Shown: positions 12,025-22,199 of the stretch, piece after piece
How positions within the stretch are numbered: position 1 is the first letter of the stretch
Layout: every line of letters begins with the position of its first letter
DNA from: Escherichia coli
Lineage (GTDB): Bacteria; Pseudomonadota; Gammaproteobacteria; Enterobacterales; Enterobacteriaceae
Direction: 5' to 3' (one strand)
DNA length: 64,000 nucleotides
Assembly (NCBI RefSeq): GCF_003790525.1
Contig: NZ_CP033635.1
Notes under the pieces: model-generated
The model's database searches: none
The model's input: only the letters and a program-made list of their open reading frames with translations
Told to the model about the DNA's origin: nothing
Translations under genes and position numbers: made by a program

Positions 12025-12675
12025 TTATCCCTTCAGCGCGGTCAAGTTGTTCACGTTCAGCGTGCCGTGGGTACGCCATATTTTTCTTGCCAGTAACACC
12101 ATCACAATGACGGCGAAGATGGCGTCGGTAGCGATACCAATTTCCACCAGTTCCGGTGCACGCCAGGCAAGAAGCGCCAGCACCAGATGGGAGCCGTTTT
12201 CCATCAGGCAGTAACCAAAAATTTGCCGCAGGATATTGCGCTGGCTGACAATGCACAGCAGGCCAAGCAGAAAATGACCTAACGCCACCGCCAGCGCCGG
12301 TTTCAGCCCGGTAGCCATCGGTAGCTTCACGGGCTGAACGACAAATGCGCAAAGCAGGACAATTAACGCCGCGAGCAGTGTCATCATTGCCGGACCGAAT
12401 AACGCTTTTTCCGGGAGGTTCTGGGGAATATTTCGTGCAGCGTAAGTCATGATTAACGGTACCAGCAGCACTTTGGTGATAAAGGCGCTGGCGGACCAGA
12501 TCAGCAGTTGCTCTGCGGCGAACAGGCACGAGAGAGTGGCGAAAATAGACACCAGCACCAGCGACTGGCAGGCGTAAAATCCGCATGACAGGCGATAGCT
12601 TTTGACACTAATCACAAACAGCGATGTCAGCATCATCAGTCCCGCCAGATTATTTACGATCATAGAACCGGTCAT
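12025..12675 (-). CDS. hyfE: Hydrogenase-4 membrane subunit
   Basis: 216-aa hydrophobic ORF between hyfD and hyfF. Confidence 0.85.
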   Translation of the reverse strand: MTGSMIVNNLAGLMMLTSLFVISVKSYRLSCGFYACQSLVLVSIFATLSCLFAAEQLLIWSASAFITKVLLVPLIMTYAARNIPQNLPEKALFGPAMMTLLAALIVLLCAFVVQPVKLPMATGLKPALAVALGHFLLGLLCIVSQRNILRQIFGYCLMENGSHLVLALLAWRAPELVEIGIATDAIFAVIVMVLLARKIWRTHGTLNVNNLTALKG

Positions 12676-12686
12676 TCATCATCTCC

Positions 12687-14126
12687 TTACTGCAACCAGG
12701 TCGCGGCGATTACGCTGGAAATCAGCGACATCACAATCAGTACAATCAACACCAGGCGCATTGATCCTGGCAGCGGTGCGGCATCGGCGACGGCCTCGCT
12801 CGGTTTGCCAGGCACGACGCGACCAAACCAGCGAATAAACCAGGCGAAACTGGCGACCGATTCAATCATCAGCAGAATCATGGCGGGCAGCAGGATCCAG
12901 TACTCCACTGACAACGAAAAACCGGCAGCAAACAGCGGGAATTTACTGAAGAAGCCGTTGAACGGCGGTACGCCAGTAATCGCCAGCGCGGCTACGCAGA
13001 AACCCACGCCTGGCAACGGCAGGGTGTGCAATACGCCACGCAGACGCGGCAACAAGCGCGTGCCGCAGCTGTAACTCAGCGCACCTGCTACAAGGAAAAA
13101 CAGGCTTTTAGCGAACGCGTGGTTGACGATGTAGGCGATGCTGCCCTCCAGCGACAGCCGCGAGCCGAAGATGGAGAGCGACAAGCCGAAAAACATCCAG
13201 CCAAGTTGAGTGATGGTCGACCAGGCCAGCAACCGCTTCATATCCTGCTGTGGCAAATACATCAGGAAGCCGTAAAGAATGGTGACCAGTGCCATAACCA
13301 TGCCAACGCCGCCAATCACATGCGGGATATTGCCGCCGTCGATAATGGCACGGGCAAAAATGTAAACGCCCACTTTCACCATCGATGCGGCGTGGAGATA
13401 GGCGCTGATCGGTGTTGGCGCTTCCATTGCATCCGGTAGCCACGCTTGCATCGGTAGCTGGGCCGATTTCCCCCACGCGGCAAACAGAATGCCGCCATAA
13501 ACCAGATAACGTGCGTCGCCGTGTAACTCGCTCATCGCGCTAAGCGCAAACGTTCCGGTCTGCAAAAACAGCGTGGCGGCGGCAAGATACAACCCCAGCG
13601 AACCGATATGAGTGATAAGTAACGCTTTTAGTGCTGAACGCTGCGCTTTATCGCTCTGGTAATAACTGATCAACGCCCAGGAGCAGCCGCCCGTAATTTC
13701 AAAAAACAACAACTGACCGAGCAGCGTTGAGGAGAGTACCAGTCCCGCCATCGCGCCGATAAACACCAGCAAAAATGCGTAATAACGATTCGTGCCGTTA
13801 TGCGGGTGTTCGCGATTTTTATCCGTCAGATAACCCGTGGAGTAGATCGTGACCAGCAAACCGAGGAACACCACCACAAACAGAATCAGCGTACTCACGC
13901 GATCAATGACCAGGCCAAACAACGCCACATCCCCCACGTTGACCAACGTCAACGTGACGGCAACTTTATCGGCCTGATAAAACGCGGAGATCAGCGACAA
14001 CATGCACAGCGTGGTCAGCGCGGCGAACAAAATCCCCCATTCGGCGGCCCGACGTTGTGGCGAAAACGAAACGACCAGTGCGCCGATAAAAGGCAGCAAT
14101 AACGTCGTCAGAGCAAGATTTTCCAT
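12687..14126 (-). CDS. hyfD: Hydrogenase-4 membrane subunit (NuoL/M-like)
   Basis: 479-aa polytopic membrane ORF. Confidence 0.9.
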   Translation of the reverse strand: MENLALTTLLLPFIGALVVSFSPQRRAAEWGILFAALTTLCMLSLISAFYQADKVAVTLTLVNVGDVALFGLVIDRVSTLILFVVVFLGLLVTIYSTGYLTDKNREHPHNGTNRYYAFLLVFIGAMAGLVLSSTLLGQLLFFEITGGCSWALISYYQSDKAQRSALKALLITHIGSLGLYLAAATLFLQTGTFALSAMSELHGDARYLVYGGILFAAWGKSAQLPMQAWLPDAMEAPTPISAYLHAASMVKVGVYIFARAIIDGGNIPHVIGGVGMVMALVTILYGFLMYLPQQDMKRLLAWSTITQLGWMFFGLSLSIFGSRLSLEGSIAYIVNHAFAKSLFFLVAGALSYSCGTRLLPRLRGVLHTLPLPGVGFCVAALAITGVPPFNGFFSKFPLFAAGFSLSVEYWILLPAMILLMIESVASFAWFIRWFGRVVPGKPSEAVADAAPLPGSMRLVLIVLIVMSLISSVIAATWLQ

Positions 14127-14142
14127 ATTCCGTCAGTGCTCC

Positions 14143-15090
14143 TTACAGACCGGTTAACCAGAAGACCCAGGCAAGCGCAGCAAGGCTGAAGCCAAGCCAG
14201 GTCACATGGTGAATGAGTAAAAAACGCCCGCGTGCCAGCGTGTTTTCTGCGATAGAGGCCAGAACAAAAATCAGCAAAACCTTGAGCAGCGTAACGACAA
14301 GTGAAGTCAGCAGGCAGGTGAGAGAAAGCTCTTGCGCGCGCCCAAAGGGCAGAAACAGGGCCACAAACAGTGATGCCATCACGACCTGTTTCAGCCCCAG
14401 CCCCAACTTCGCCAGCGCCAGCCCGGCACCGGAATATTCGGTCAGCGGGCCTTCCTGTAATTCCTGTTCTGCTTCAGCAACATCAAAGGGAATTTTTCCC
14501 ATCTCAATGAAGCAGGCAAAACCACAGGCCAGTAACGCCAGTACGGTGGTTAGCGGCGAGTTCCAGCCCGTCGCCAGCGTCTTGCTGATCATCTCGATAT
14601 GCGTGGAATCCGCTATCAGCGCCAATACCAGCAGTGAGAGAATGAGCATGGGTTCGACCAGAATGCCGAGCGTTAACTCGCGACTGGCACCGATTCCCGC
14701 AAAGGGGCTTCCGGTATCCAGCCCGGAAAGAGCAAAGAAAAAACGAAATAGGGCAAGAAGATAGATAAGGGTGATCAGATCGCCGCCGCCCGCAAAAGGG
14801 GAAACAGTAATAAATAGTGGTAGGGCCATCGCCAGCACCAGCATGCTGCTGATTAATACCCACGGCATCAGGCGGAACATCAGACCTGAAGATGTCGGCG
14901 CAACTTCCTGGCGTTTAAACAGTTTGTGGATATCGCGATAATCCTGCCAGATCCCCGGTCCGCGACGGGAGTGCATACGCGCGCGTATCTGCCGGGAAAT
15001 CCCCGTAAAAAGCGGGGTTAGCGCCAGCAGAATCACGGCCTGTGCTAACGCAAAAATGATCAGATATCCGTCGCAAAGAGTTTGTCTCAT
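14143..15090 (-). CDS. hyfC: Hydrogenase-4 membrane subunit (NuoH/HycD-like)
   Basis: Track ORF starts with TTG at 15111 and overlaps hyfB; the ATG at 15090 (MRQTLCDGY) lies downstream of the hyfB stop with AAGGAAA upstream and gives 315 aa. Confidence 0.85.
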   Translation of the reverse strand: MRQTLCDGYLIIFALAQAVILLALTPLFTGISRQIRARMHSRRGPGIWQDYRDIHKLFKRQEVAPTSSGLMFRLMPWVLISSMLVLAMALPLFITVSPFAGGGDLITLIYLLALFRFFFALSGLDTGSPFAGIGASRELTLGILVEPMLILSLLVLALIADSTHIEMISKTLATGWNSPLTTVLALLACGFACFIEMGKIPFDVAEAEQELQEGPLTEYSGAGLALAKLGLGLKQVVMASLFVALFLPFGRAQELSLTCLLTSLVVTLLKVLLIFVLASIAENTLARGRFLLIHHVTWLGFSLAALAWVFWLTGL

Positions 15091-15100
15091 GGTGATTTCC

Positions 15101-17119
15101 TTAGACGGCAATAGCGATTAGCAGCACAACCAGTGCGGCGACCACATACAGGCAATAGAGACGAAAGTCGCCGCTTTGCAGATGCTGTATTTCTTTGGCC
15201 AGCCGTTGGGTGGCGCTCACGATGGGGCGGATCACCCGCTCATCCCAGAAGGGTTCTGTGCTCTGAGCCCTGGCGGTGACGTGCGCAAGACCTTTGTTCA
15301 GCCTCAGCGTAGGGTCGAGCTGTTGTCGTAGACGAAATAGCGCACAAAAGACCACACGCAGCGGCTGCATCACGCCATTGCCTGACGGGGCCATCGCATT
15401 ATCCCAGCCGTAGCCGCATGCCCAGGCATCTCCTGTGCGACGAAACGCTGCGCGGCGCGAACGACACCACAGCCAGTAAAGGCCAGGCAGCAAAGGCATC
15501 GCCAGTAGTAACAGCAACAGTAATGAGGGAGTGACCCGTGTATGAAACGTGCCGGGTACAAGTGCTATTCCGCTGGCGACAGTGACGGGAGGGGTATTGG
15601 TAAACGCATGGGCAATGTGCATTATCTTCGGTGCCAGCCAACTGGCACTAAGCGCAATGAATACGCAGAGTGCCGCGAGCAGTAGCATGGCGACGATCAT
15701 CGTATTTGGCACGTCCTGTGCCTCTTCAGCGTGTGTACTGCGCGGCGCACCACAGAAAGTAATGCCGTACATTTTGACGAAGCACATTACTGCCAGCCCA
15801 CCAGTGACTGCCAGCATCACCATAGCAATAGGACCCGCAAGTTGTAGCGCTACGGCTTCCACACGACTTAGTGAGAACAGCGACTGCCAGGTGTACCATT
15901 CGCTGATAAAACCATTCAGCGGAGGAATGGCTGATATCGCGAGGCAACCAATCAGGCATGCTGCGGCTGTCCACGGCATCCGTTTTGCCAGTGCCCCCAT
16001 TTTTTCCATGTCGTGGGTATGCAAACGCGAAATAATCGCACCCGCGCCGAGAAATAGCAGCCCTTTGAACAGCGCATGGTTGAGCAGATGAAACAGTGCG
16101 CCGAGCAGTCCAACCATGGTGAGCAGCGGGTCGTGCAGTGACAGACCGACCATGGACACACCGACCGCCAGCAAAATAATGCCGACGTTTTCGACGGTAC
16201 TCCAGGCCAGCAGCCGTTTGATATCCTGTTCCGCCAGCGCATACAGCACGCCCAGGAGCGCGGAGATTGCGCCGATCGCCATCACCAGAATGCCCCACCA
16301 CAGCGGCAAACCCGTTTGCGCCAGCAGATCCATCGCCACTTTCAGGATGCCGAAAATACCGATTTTGACCATTACGCCAGACATCAACGCCGAAGCGTGC
16401 GATGGTGCGGCAGGGTGAGCGCGCGGCAACCAGCTGTGCAACGGCATCATCCCGGCTTTCGCGCCAAAACCGAAGAAGGCCAGCAGGAACACCGCCGACG
16501 CCAGCCCCGGAGAAAGTGAAAGCGTGCGGAAACTGGCAAAATCGAGGCTGCCGCTTTCGCGCCCCATCAGCAAGAAGGCGATCATAATCAGCACCGATCC
16601 GGCGTGGGCGATAAAAACGTAGAGCATGCCAGCGTTGATTGACGTTTTATCCTGCCTGGCAATGACCAGAAACCAGGAAGACAGCGACATCATTTCAAAC
16701 AGCACGATGAACCAAAAAGCGTTATCCATCACCAGCAGGGCAACCATCGAGGCGATGAAAAGATTCATAAAGAAGCCCATCGCCGCCGCGCCTTTGCCCT
16801 CGTATTCGCGCATATAAGTCAATGAATAGAGCGAACAAACCACCACCAGCAAGGAGATAACCAGCACCATAAATGCCGAGAGGCTATCCATTCGCAGGGT
16901 TAAATCGGCAAAGTCAAAAGGCGTGGCAAAACGGGCGACTAAAGTTACGCCTGCATGTAATTGCGTAATTCCGCTGATGATGCCAATCACGCCGCCCACC
17001 AGCGATGTGATGCCGGAAAGCTTAATAGCCAGTCTGTCCAGACCGAGTAAAAACAGCGAAGCCAGACTGGCAAACAGATAGAGGATCAGCGACCAGGTTA
17101 ATAATTGCAGGGCATCCAT
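15101..17119 (-). CDS. hyfB: Hydrogenase-4 membrane subunit (NuoL-like proton-pumping subunit)
   Basis: 672-aa polytopic membrane ORF; start overlaps the hyfA stop. Confidence 0.9.
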   Translation of the reverse strand: MDALQLLTWSLILYLFASLASLFLLGLDRLAIKLSGITSLVGGVIGIISGITQLHAGVTLVARFATPFDFADLTLRMDSLSAFMVLVISLLVVVCSLYSLTYMREYEGKGAAAMGFFMNLFIASMVALLVMDNAFWFIVLFEMMSLSSWFLVIARQDKTSINAGMLYVFIAHAGSVLIMIAFLLMGRESGSLDFASFRTLSLSPGLASAVFLLAFFGFGAKAGMMPLHSWLPRAHPAAPSHASALMSGVMVKIGIFGILKVAMDLLAQTGLPLWWGILVMAIGAISALLGVLYALAEQDIKRLLAWSTVENVGIILLAVGVSMVGLSLHDPLLTMVGLLGALFHLLNHALFKGLLFLGAGAIISRLHTHDMEKMGALAKRMPWTAAACLIGCLAISAIPPLNGFISEWYTWQSLFSLSRVEAVALQLAGPIAMVMLAVTGGLAVMCFVKMYGITFCGAPRSTHAEEAQDVPNTMIVAMLLLAALCVFIALSASWLAPKIMHIAHAFTNTPPVTVASGIALVPGTFHTRVTPSLLLLLLLAMPLLPGLYWLWCRSRRAAFRRTGDAWACGYGWDNAMAPSGNGVMQPLRVVFCALFRLRQQLDPTLRLNKGLAHVTARAQSTEPFWDERVIRPIVSATQRLAKEIQHLQSGDFRLYCLYVVAALVVLLIAIAV

Positions 17120-17736
17120 TAGCGTTGCTCCTGAGTGAGGGAAAGGGGATCCTCCCCGCCATTGGCAAACCAGCTTGCGGCAAGGCGCTGTTTTTCTTTC
17201 ATCTGACGTTGCAGTCTATCGTCGGTGATCAGCCGTAACGCCTGATTCGGACAAGCGCGAACGCAGGCCGGACCTTCTGGCAAGAAATCACACAGGTCGC
17301 ATTTCACCGCGACGGTCTGGACACCCGGTTCCCAGCGCAGCAAAGCATGTTGGGTCGACACGTTTTCTTCGCCGTCTTTGAGTGAGCCCTCAGCCTGAAA
17401 AACATATTGCGCAGGGGCATTCACCGGACGGCTTCCTGAAGCGCTGATTGCGCCAAATGGGCAGACCACGGCGCAAAGCTTGCAACCAATACAAAGGCTT
17501 TCGTTGAGTTGGATCGCATCATCCCTCTGGGAGATGGCATTGACCGGGCAGACCTGCAGGCAAGGGGCTTCCTCACAGTGATGACACACGACAGGGGCAG
17601 TGAGTGTTGACGTCTTCGCCAGGGCCAGGCGCGGGTGTTGCTGTAAACCTTGCGTTTTATGCACGTCCGAACAGGCAGCGAGACAGGTATTACATCCTGT
17701 ACACCACAGTGGTTCGGCCACCACAAAGCGGTTCAT
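17119..17736 (-). CDS. hyfA: Hydrogenase-4 electron-transfer subunit (4x[4Fe-4S] ferredoxin, HycB-like)
   Basis: Track ORF 17119-17775; the ATG at 17736 (MNRFVVAEPLWCTGCNTC) is preceded by AGGAG; multiple CxxCxxCxxxCP motifs. Confidence 0.9.
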   Translation of the reverse strand: MNRFVVAEPLWCTGCNTCLAACSDVHKTQGLQQHPRLALAKTSTLTAPVVCHHCEEAPCLQVCPVNAISQRDDAIQLNESLCIGCKLCAVVCPFGAISASGSRPVNAPAQYVFQAEGSLKDGEENVSTQHALLRWEPGVQTVAVKCDLCDFLPEGPACVRACPNQALRLITDDRLQRQMKEKQRLAASWFANGGEDPLSLTQEQR

Positions 17737-17777
17737 GTCGGCTCCTTGAAAATGATATGAAACATTGCATTTCATAT

Positions 17778-17793
17778 TGCATAAAGAATGCCA
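17778..17793 (-). promoter_or_regulatory. Sigma54 (-24/-12) promoter of the hyf operon
   Basis: Minus strand reads TGGCATTCTTTATGCA (GG-N10-GC spacing, consensus TGGCAC-N5-TTGCA) about 40 nt upstream of the hyfA ATG; hyfR encodes the matching sigma54 activator. Confidence 0.6.
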
Positions 17794-17888
17794 GTCTGAT
17801 TAATTTAATATATTCAATAAGTTATGAATTAACTGTATTCTGAACGGTACAAAAATGATGGTCATTAACGTTCAGCAATAAATGGATT

Positions 17889-17933
17889 CGACACCCGTGT
17901 CGCAGGGGAAAGCGAGAATGTGATCTTGATCAC
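17889..17933. promoter_or_regulatory. Candidate upstream activator sequences for the hyf sigma54 promoter (two inverted repeats)
   Basis: CGACAC-CC-GTGTCG (17889-17902) and GTGATC-TT-GATCAC (17920-17933) lie about 100-150 bp upstream of the -24/-12 element, the usual position for enhancer-binding-protein sites. Confidence 0.35.
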
Positions 17934-17988
17934 GAGAAGTGAGGTGTGCTGGCCGCAAGCACAGCCAGCACGGAATGGAGCAAAGTAA

Positions 17989-18459
17989 TCAGGCGTGTTC
18001 TTTCAGCCAGTTCAGCACAACGTCGTGGTGATTGCTGGTTTTGAAATCGTCAAAGACATGTTCGATTTTGCCATCAGCGTCAATCAGGAAGCTGATGCGA
18101 TGAATACCATCGTAGGTTTTGCCCATGAAGGACTTTTCACCCCAGACGCCGAATTGTTCGCACACCTGGTGGTCCTCATCAGACAGGAGCGTAAAGTTAA
18201 GCAGCTCTTTTTCCGCAAAACGGGAGAGTTTTTCGGGTTTATCGGTGCTGATACCCAGCACATCGACGCCCGCTTTTTTCAACTCATCCATGTTATCGCG
18301 TAAGCCGCAGGCCTGTACGGTACAGCCGGGGGTCATGGCTTTCGGGTAGAAATAAACCAGAACACGCTGTCCCTGGAAGTCGGTCAAATTAACTTGTTCT
18401 CCGTCTTGATCCGGCAAGCTAAATTTCGGTGCGATATCACCGGCTTTCAGTGGATTCAT
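17989..18459 (-). CDS. bcp: Thiol peroxidase (peroxiredoxin, bacterioferritin comigratory protein)
   Basis: 156-aa ORF with peroxiredoxin active-site context (FYPKAMTPGCT). Confidence 0.9.
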   Translation of the reverse strand: MNPLKAGDIAPKFSLPDQDGEQVNLTDFQGQRVLVYFYPKAMTPGCTVQACGLRDNMDELKKAGVDVLGISTDKPEKLSRFAEKELLNFTLLSDEDHQVCEQFGVWGEKSFMGKTYDGIHRISFLIDADGKIEHVFDDFKTSNHHDVVLNWLKEHA

Positions 18460-19031
18460 TACTTAACTCCATCCTGTTCATCATGTTGGGAATAATTGAC
18501 GACGTTAATACTGCCTTGTGCATTGAGTTCTGTACATAGGGCTTTGAACGCTTGCTCAATATTTGCTGCGTCCGCAGATGCGGGGCTGTGGGCAGTTATC
18601 TGAATATGCAACTGCGCAGCCCGTTCATTTTCAGCAGGTTGCGTGCGCGACACCAGCTCCGCAATGTTCATATGATGCGCGTCGAAAAGTGCTGTGAAGC
18701 GTTCAATTAAATGCGGGGAGTCTGCCACATCGACCTGAACCCAGACAGATGCTGGCATTGGCGGACGCGGACGCGCCGTCGTGCGCTTCATCACGATTAA
18801 AAGATCCAGTTCGGCACCTTTCAACGGTAACGTTGATTCAATCAGAGTAATGGCATTCCATGAACCGGAAAGCAGCATGATAAACGTGAACTCTTCTCCC
18901 AGCATCGCCAGGCGACTGTCTTCAATATTACAGCCGCAACTACTGACATGACGGGTGATGGTGTTCACTATTCCAGGGCGATCGGCACCCAACGCAGTGA
19001 TCACCAGATAATGTTGCGATGACAGTGTCAA
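18459..19031 (-). CDS. gcvR: Glycine cleavage system transcriptional repressor (ACT domains)
   Basis: Track ORF 18459-19097; the recalled GcvR N-terminus MTLSSQHYLVITALGADRPG corresponds to a TTG start at 19031 with AGGAA upstream (190 aa). Confidence 0.8.
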   Translation of the reverse strand: MTLSSQHYLVITALGADRPGIVNTITRHVSSCGCNIEDSRLAMLGEEFTFIMLLSGSWNAITLIESTLPLKGAELDLLIVMKRTTARPRPPMPASVWVQVDVADSPHLIERFTALFDAHHMNIAELVSRTQPAENERAAQLHIQITAHSPASADAANIEQAFKALCTELNAQGSINVVNYSQHDEQDGVK

Positions 19032-19176
19032 ACTGGTTATTCCTTCAAGGGGTGAGTTGTTCTTAAGGAAAGCATAAAAAAAACATGCATACAACAATCA
19101 GAACGGTTCTGTCTGCTTGCTTTTAATGCCATACCAAACGTACCATTGAGACACTTGTTTGCACAGAGGATGGCCC

Positions 19177-20055
19177 ATGTTCACGGGAAGTATTGTCGCG
19201 ATTGTTACTCCGATGGATGAAAAAGGTAATGTCTGTCGGGCTAGCTTGAAAAAACTGATTGATTATCATGTCGCCAGCGGTACTTCGGCGATCGTTTCTG
19301 TTGGCACCACTGGCGAGTCCGCTACCTTAAATCATGACGAACATGCTGATGTGGTGATGATGACGCTGGAGCTGGCTGACGGGCGCATTCCGGTGATTGC
19401 CGGGACCGGTGCTAACGCTACTGCGGAAGCCATTAGCCTGACGCAGCGCTTCAATGACAGCGGTATCGTCGGCTGCCTGACGGTAACCCCTTACTACAAT
19501 CGTCCGTCGCAAGAAGGTTTGTATCAGCATTTCAAAGCCATCGCTGAACATACTGACCTGCCGCAAATTCTGTATAATGTGCCGTCCCGTACTGGCTGCG
19601 ATCTGCTCCCGGAAACGGTGGGCCGTCTGGCGAAAGTAAAAAATATTATCGGAATCAAAGAGGCAACAGGGAACTTAACGCGTGTAAACCAGATCAAAGA
19701 GCTGGTTTCAGATGATTTTGTTCTGCTGAGCGGCGATGATGCGAGCGCGCTGGACTTCATGCAATTAGGCGGTCATGGGGTTATTTCCGTTACGGCTAAC
19801 GTCGCAGCGCGTGATATGGCCCAGATGTGCAAACTGGCAGCAGAAGGGCATTTTGCCGAGGCACGCGTTATTAATCAGCGTCTGATGCCATTACACAACA
19901 AACTATTTGTCGAACCCAATCCAATCCCTGTGAAATGGGCATGTAAGGAACTGGGTCTTGTGGCGACCGATACGCTGCGCCTGCCAATGACACCTATCAC
20001 CGACAGTGGTCGTGAGACGGTCAGAGCGGCGCTTAAGCATGCCGGTTTGCTGTAA
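19177..20055 (+). CDS. dapA: 4-hydroxy-tetrahydrodipicolinate synthase
   Basis: ATG at 19177 ([18 protein letters not shown]) with AGAGGA RBS; 292 aa. Confidence 0.95.
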   Translation: MFTGSIVAIVTPMDEKGNVCRASLKKLIDYHVASGTSAIVSVGTTGESATLNHDEHADVVMMTLELADGRIPVIAGTGANATAEAISLTQRFNDSGIVGCLTVTPYYNRPSQEGLYQHFKAIAEHTDLPQILYNVPSRTGCDLLPETVGRLAKVKNIIGIKEATGNLTRVNQIKELVSDDFVLLSGDDASALDFMQLGGHGVISVTANVAARDMAQMCKLAAEGHFAEARVINQRLMPLHNKLFVEPNPIPVKWACKELGLVATDTLRLPMTPITDSGRETVRAALKHAGLL

Positions 20056-20071
20056 AGTTTAGGGAGATTTG

Positions 20072-21106
20072 ATGGCTTACTCTGTTCAAAAGTCGCGCCT
20101 GGCAAAGGTTGCGGGTGTTTCGCTTGTTTTATTACTCGCTGCCTGTAGTTCTGACTCACGCTATAAGCGTCAGGTCAGTGGTGATGAAGCCTACCTGGAA
20201 GCGGCACCGCTTGCGGAGCTTCATGCCCCGGCTGGAATGATTTTGCCGGTGACCTCCGGTGATTATGCAATCCCGGTGACCAACGGTAGTGGTGCTGTCG
20301 GTAAGGCGCTGGACATTCGTCCACCAGCCCAGCCGCTGGCACTGGTTTCTGGCGCGCGTACCCAGTTCACGGGCGATACCGCTTCATTGCTGGTGGAAAA
20401 TGGTCGTGGCAATACTCTGTGGCCGCAGGTGGTTAGCGTGCTGCAGGCGAAAAACTACACCATCACCCAACGTGATGATGCTGGTCAGACACTGACCACC
20501 GATTGGGTACAATGGAACCGTCTGGACGAAGACGAGCAGTATCGTGGTCGTTATCAAATCTCTGTTAAGCCGCAGGGTTATCAGCAGGCGGTTACGGTTA
20601 AACTGCTGAACCTGGAACAGGCGGGCAAACCGGTTGCAGACGCGGCTTCCATGCAGCGTTACAGCACGGAGATGATGAACGTTATTTCCGCCGGTCTGGA
20701 TAAATCTGCCACTGACGCCGCGAACGCTGCGCAAAATCGTGCCTCCACCACTATGGACGTACAAAGTGCAGCTGATGACACCGGTTTACCGATGCTGGTC
20801 GTACGCGGGCCGTTCAATGTGGTTTGGCAACGTCTGCCAGCGGCGCTGGAAAAAGTGGGCATGAAAGTGACCGACAGCACCCGTTCGCAGGGTAACATGG
20901 CCGTAACTTACAAGCCGCTGTCTGACAGCGACTGGCAGGAACTGGGCGCGAGCGATCCAGGCCTGGCATCCGGTGACTATAAACTGCAGGTTGGCGATTT
21001 AGATAACCGCAGCAGCCTACAGTTCATCGATCCGAAAGGTCATACTCTGACTCAGAGTCAGAATGACGCGCTGGTAGCTGTCTTCCAGGCTGCGTTTAGC
21101 AAGTAA
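20072..21106 (+). CDS. bamC: Outer-membrane lipoprotein, BAM complex subunit
   Basis: ATG at 20072 ([27 protein letters not shown], lipobox LAAC); 344 aa; 16 bp after dapA. Confidence 0.9.
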
Positions 21107-21112
21107 AAATAC

Positions 21113-21139
21113 AGGGCTGGAGTCATCCGGCCCTTTTTT
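21113..21139 (+). terminator. Rho-independent terminator after bamC
   Basis: agggctgg-agtcat-ccggccct hairpin followed by TTTTTT. Confidence 0.6.
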
Positions 21140-21149
21140 CTGATATGAT

Positions 21150-21165
21150 ACGCAAACGTGTGCGT
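21150..21165. promoter_or_regulatory. PurR operator-like box upstream of purC
   Basis: ACGCAAACGTGTGCGT resembles the PurR box (ACGCAAACGTTTTCNT-type). Confidence 0.5.
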
Positions 21166-21211
21166 CGGCAGAAAAACGCGATTTTAGCGGTAATTCGCAC
21201 GAAATTTGTTT

Positions 21212-21255
<44 letters not shown>

Positions 21256-21318
21256 ACATCTGGCACACCAGACAGCAATAGATTTTAAAACGTTAATTCA
21301 CACCCAGGAGTGATAAAG

Positions 21319-22032
21319 ATGCAAAAGCAAGCTGAGTTGTATCGTGGTAAAGCGAAAACCGTATACAGCACGGAAAACCCGGACCTGTTGGTGCTCGAAT
21401 TCCGCAATGATACGTCAGCAGGGGATGGCGCGCGCATTGAGCAGTTTGATCGCAAAGGTATGGTGAACAACAAGTTCAACTACTTCATTATGAGCAAACT
21501 GGCTGAAGCGGGTATCCCGACTCAAATGGAGCGTCTGCTCTCCGATACCGAATGTCTGGTGAAAAAGCTGGATATGGTGCCGGTTGAGTGTGTCGTGCGT
21601 AACCGTGCTGCTGGCTCTCTGGTGAAACGTCTTGGAATCGAAGAAGGTATTGAGCTGAACCCGCCACTGTTCGATCTGTTCCTGAAAAACGACGCCATGC
21701 ACGATCCGATGGTCAACGAATCTTACTGCGAAACCTTTGGCTGGGTGAGCAAAGAGAACCTGGCGCGTATGAAAGAGCTGACCTACAAAGCGAACGACGT
21801 GCTGAAAAAACTGTTCGATGATGCTGGTCTCATTCTGGTCGACTTCAAGCTGGAGTTTGGTCTGTACAAAGGCGAAGTGGTTCTGGGCGATGAGTTCTCC
21901 CCGGACGGCAGCCGCCTGTGGGACAAAGAAACGCTGGAGAAAATGGACAAAGACCGTTTCCGCCAGAGCCTCGGTGGCCTGATCGAAGCCTATGAAGCCG
22001 TTGCCCGCCGCCTGGGTGTACAGCTGGACTGA
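21319..22032 (+). CDS. purC: Phosphoribosylaminoimidazole-succinocarboxamide synthase
   Basis: ATG at 21319 ([31 protein letters not shown]) with CAGGAG RBS; 237 aa. Confidence 0.95.
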
Positions 22033-22199
22033 TTTTTCTATTCATCATCTTGCCGTGCTGCTGGCACGGCAAGACAACCGCTCTCATAAGATGTGCATTG
22101 AACGCTCATTCCTCCGCCATTTCATCCCGCTTTCCTGTGGTAATCTTCCTCTGAACCACCTACGATCATTTCTATAATGAATATATTGTTGAGGTATCT

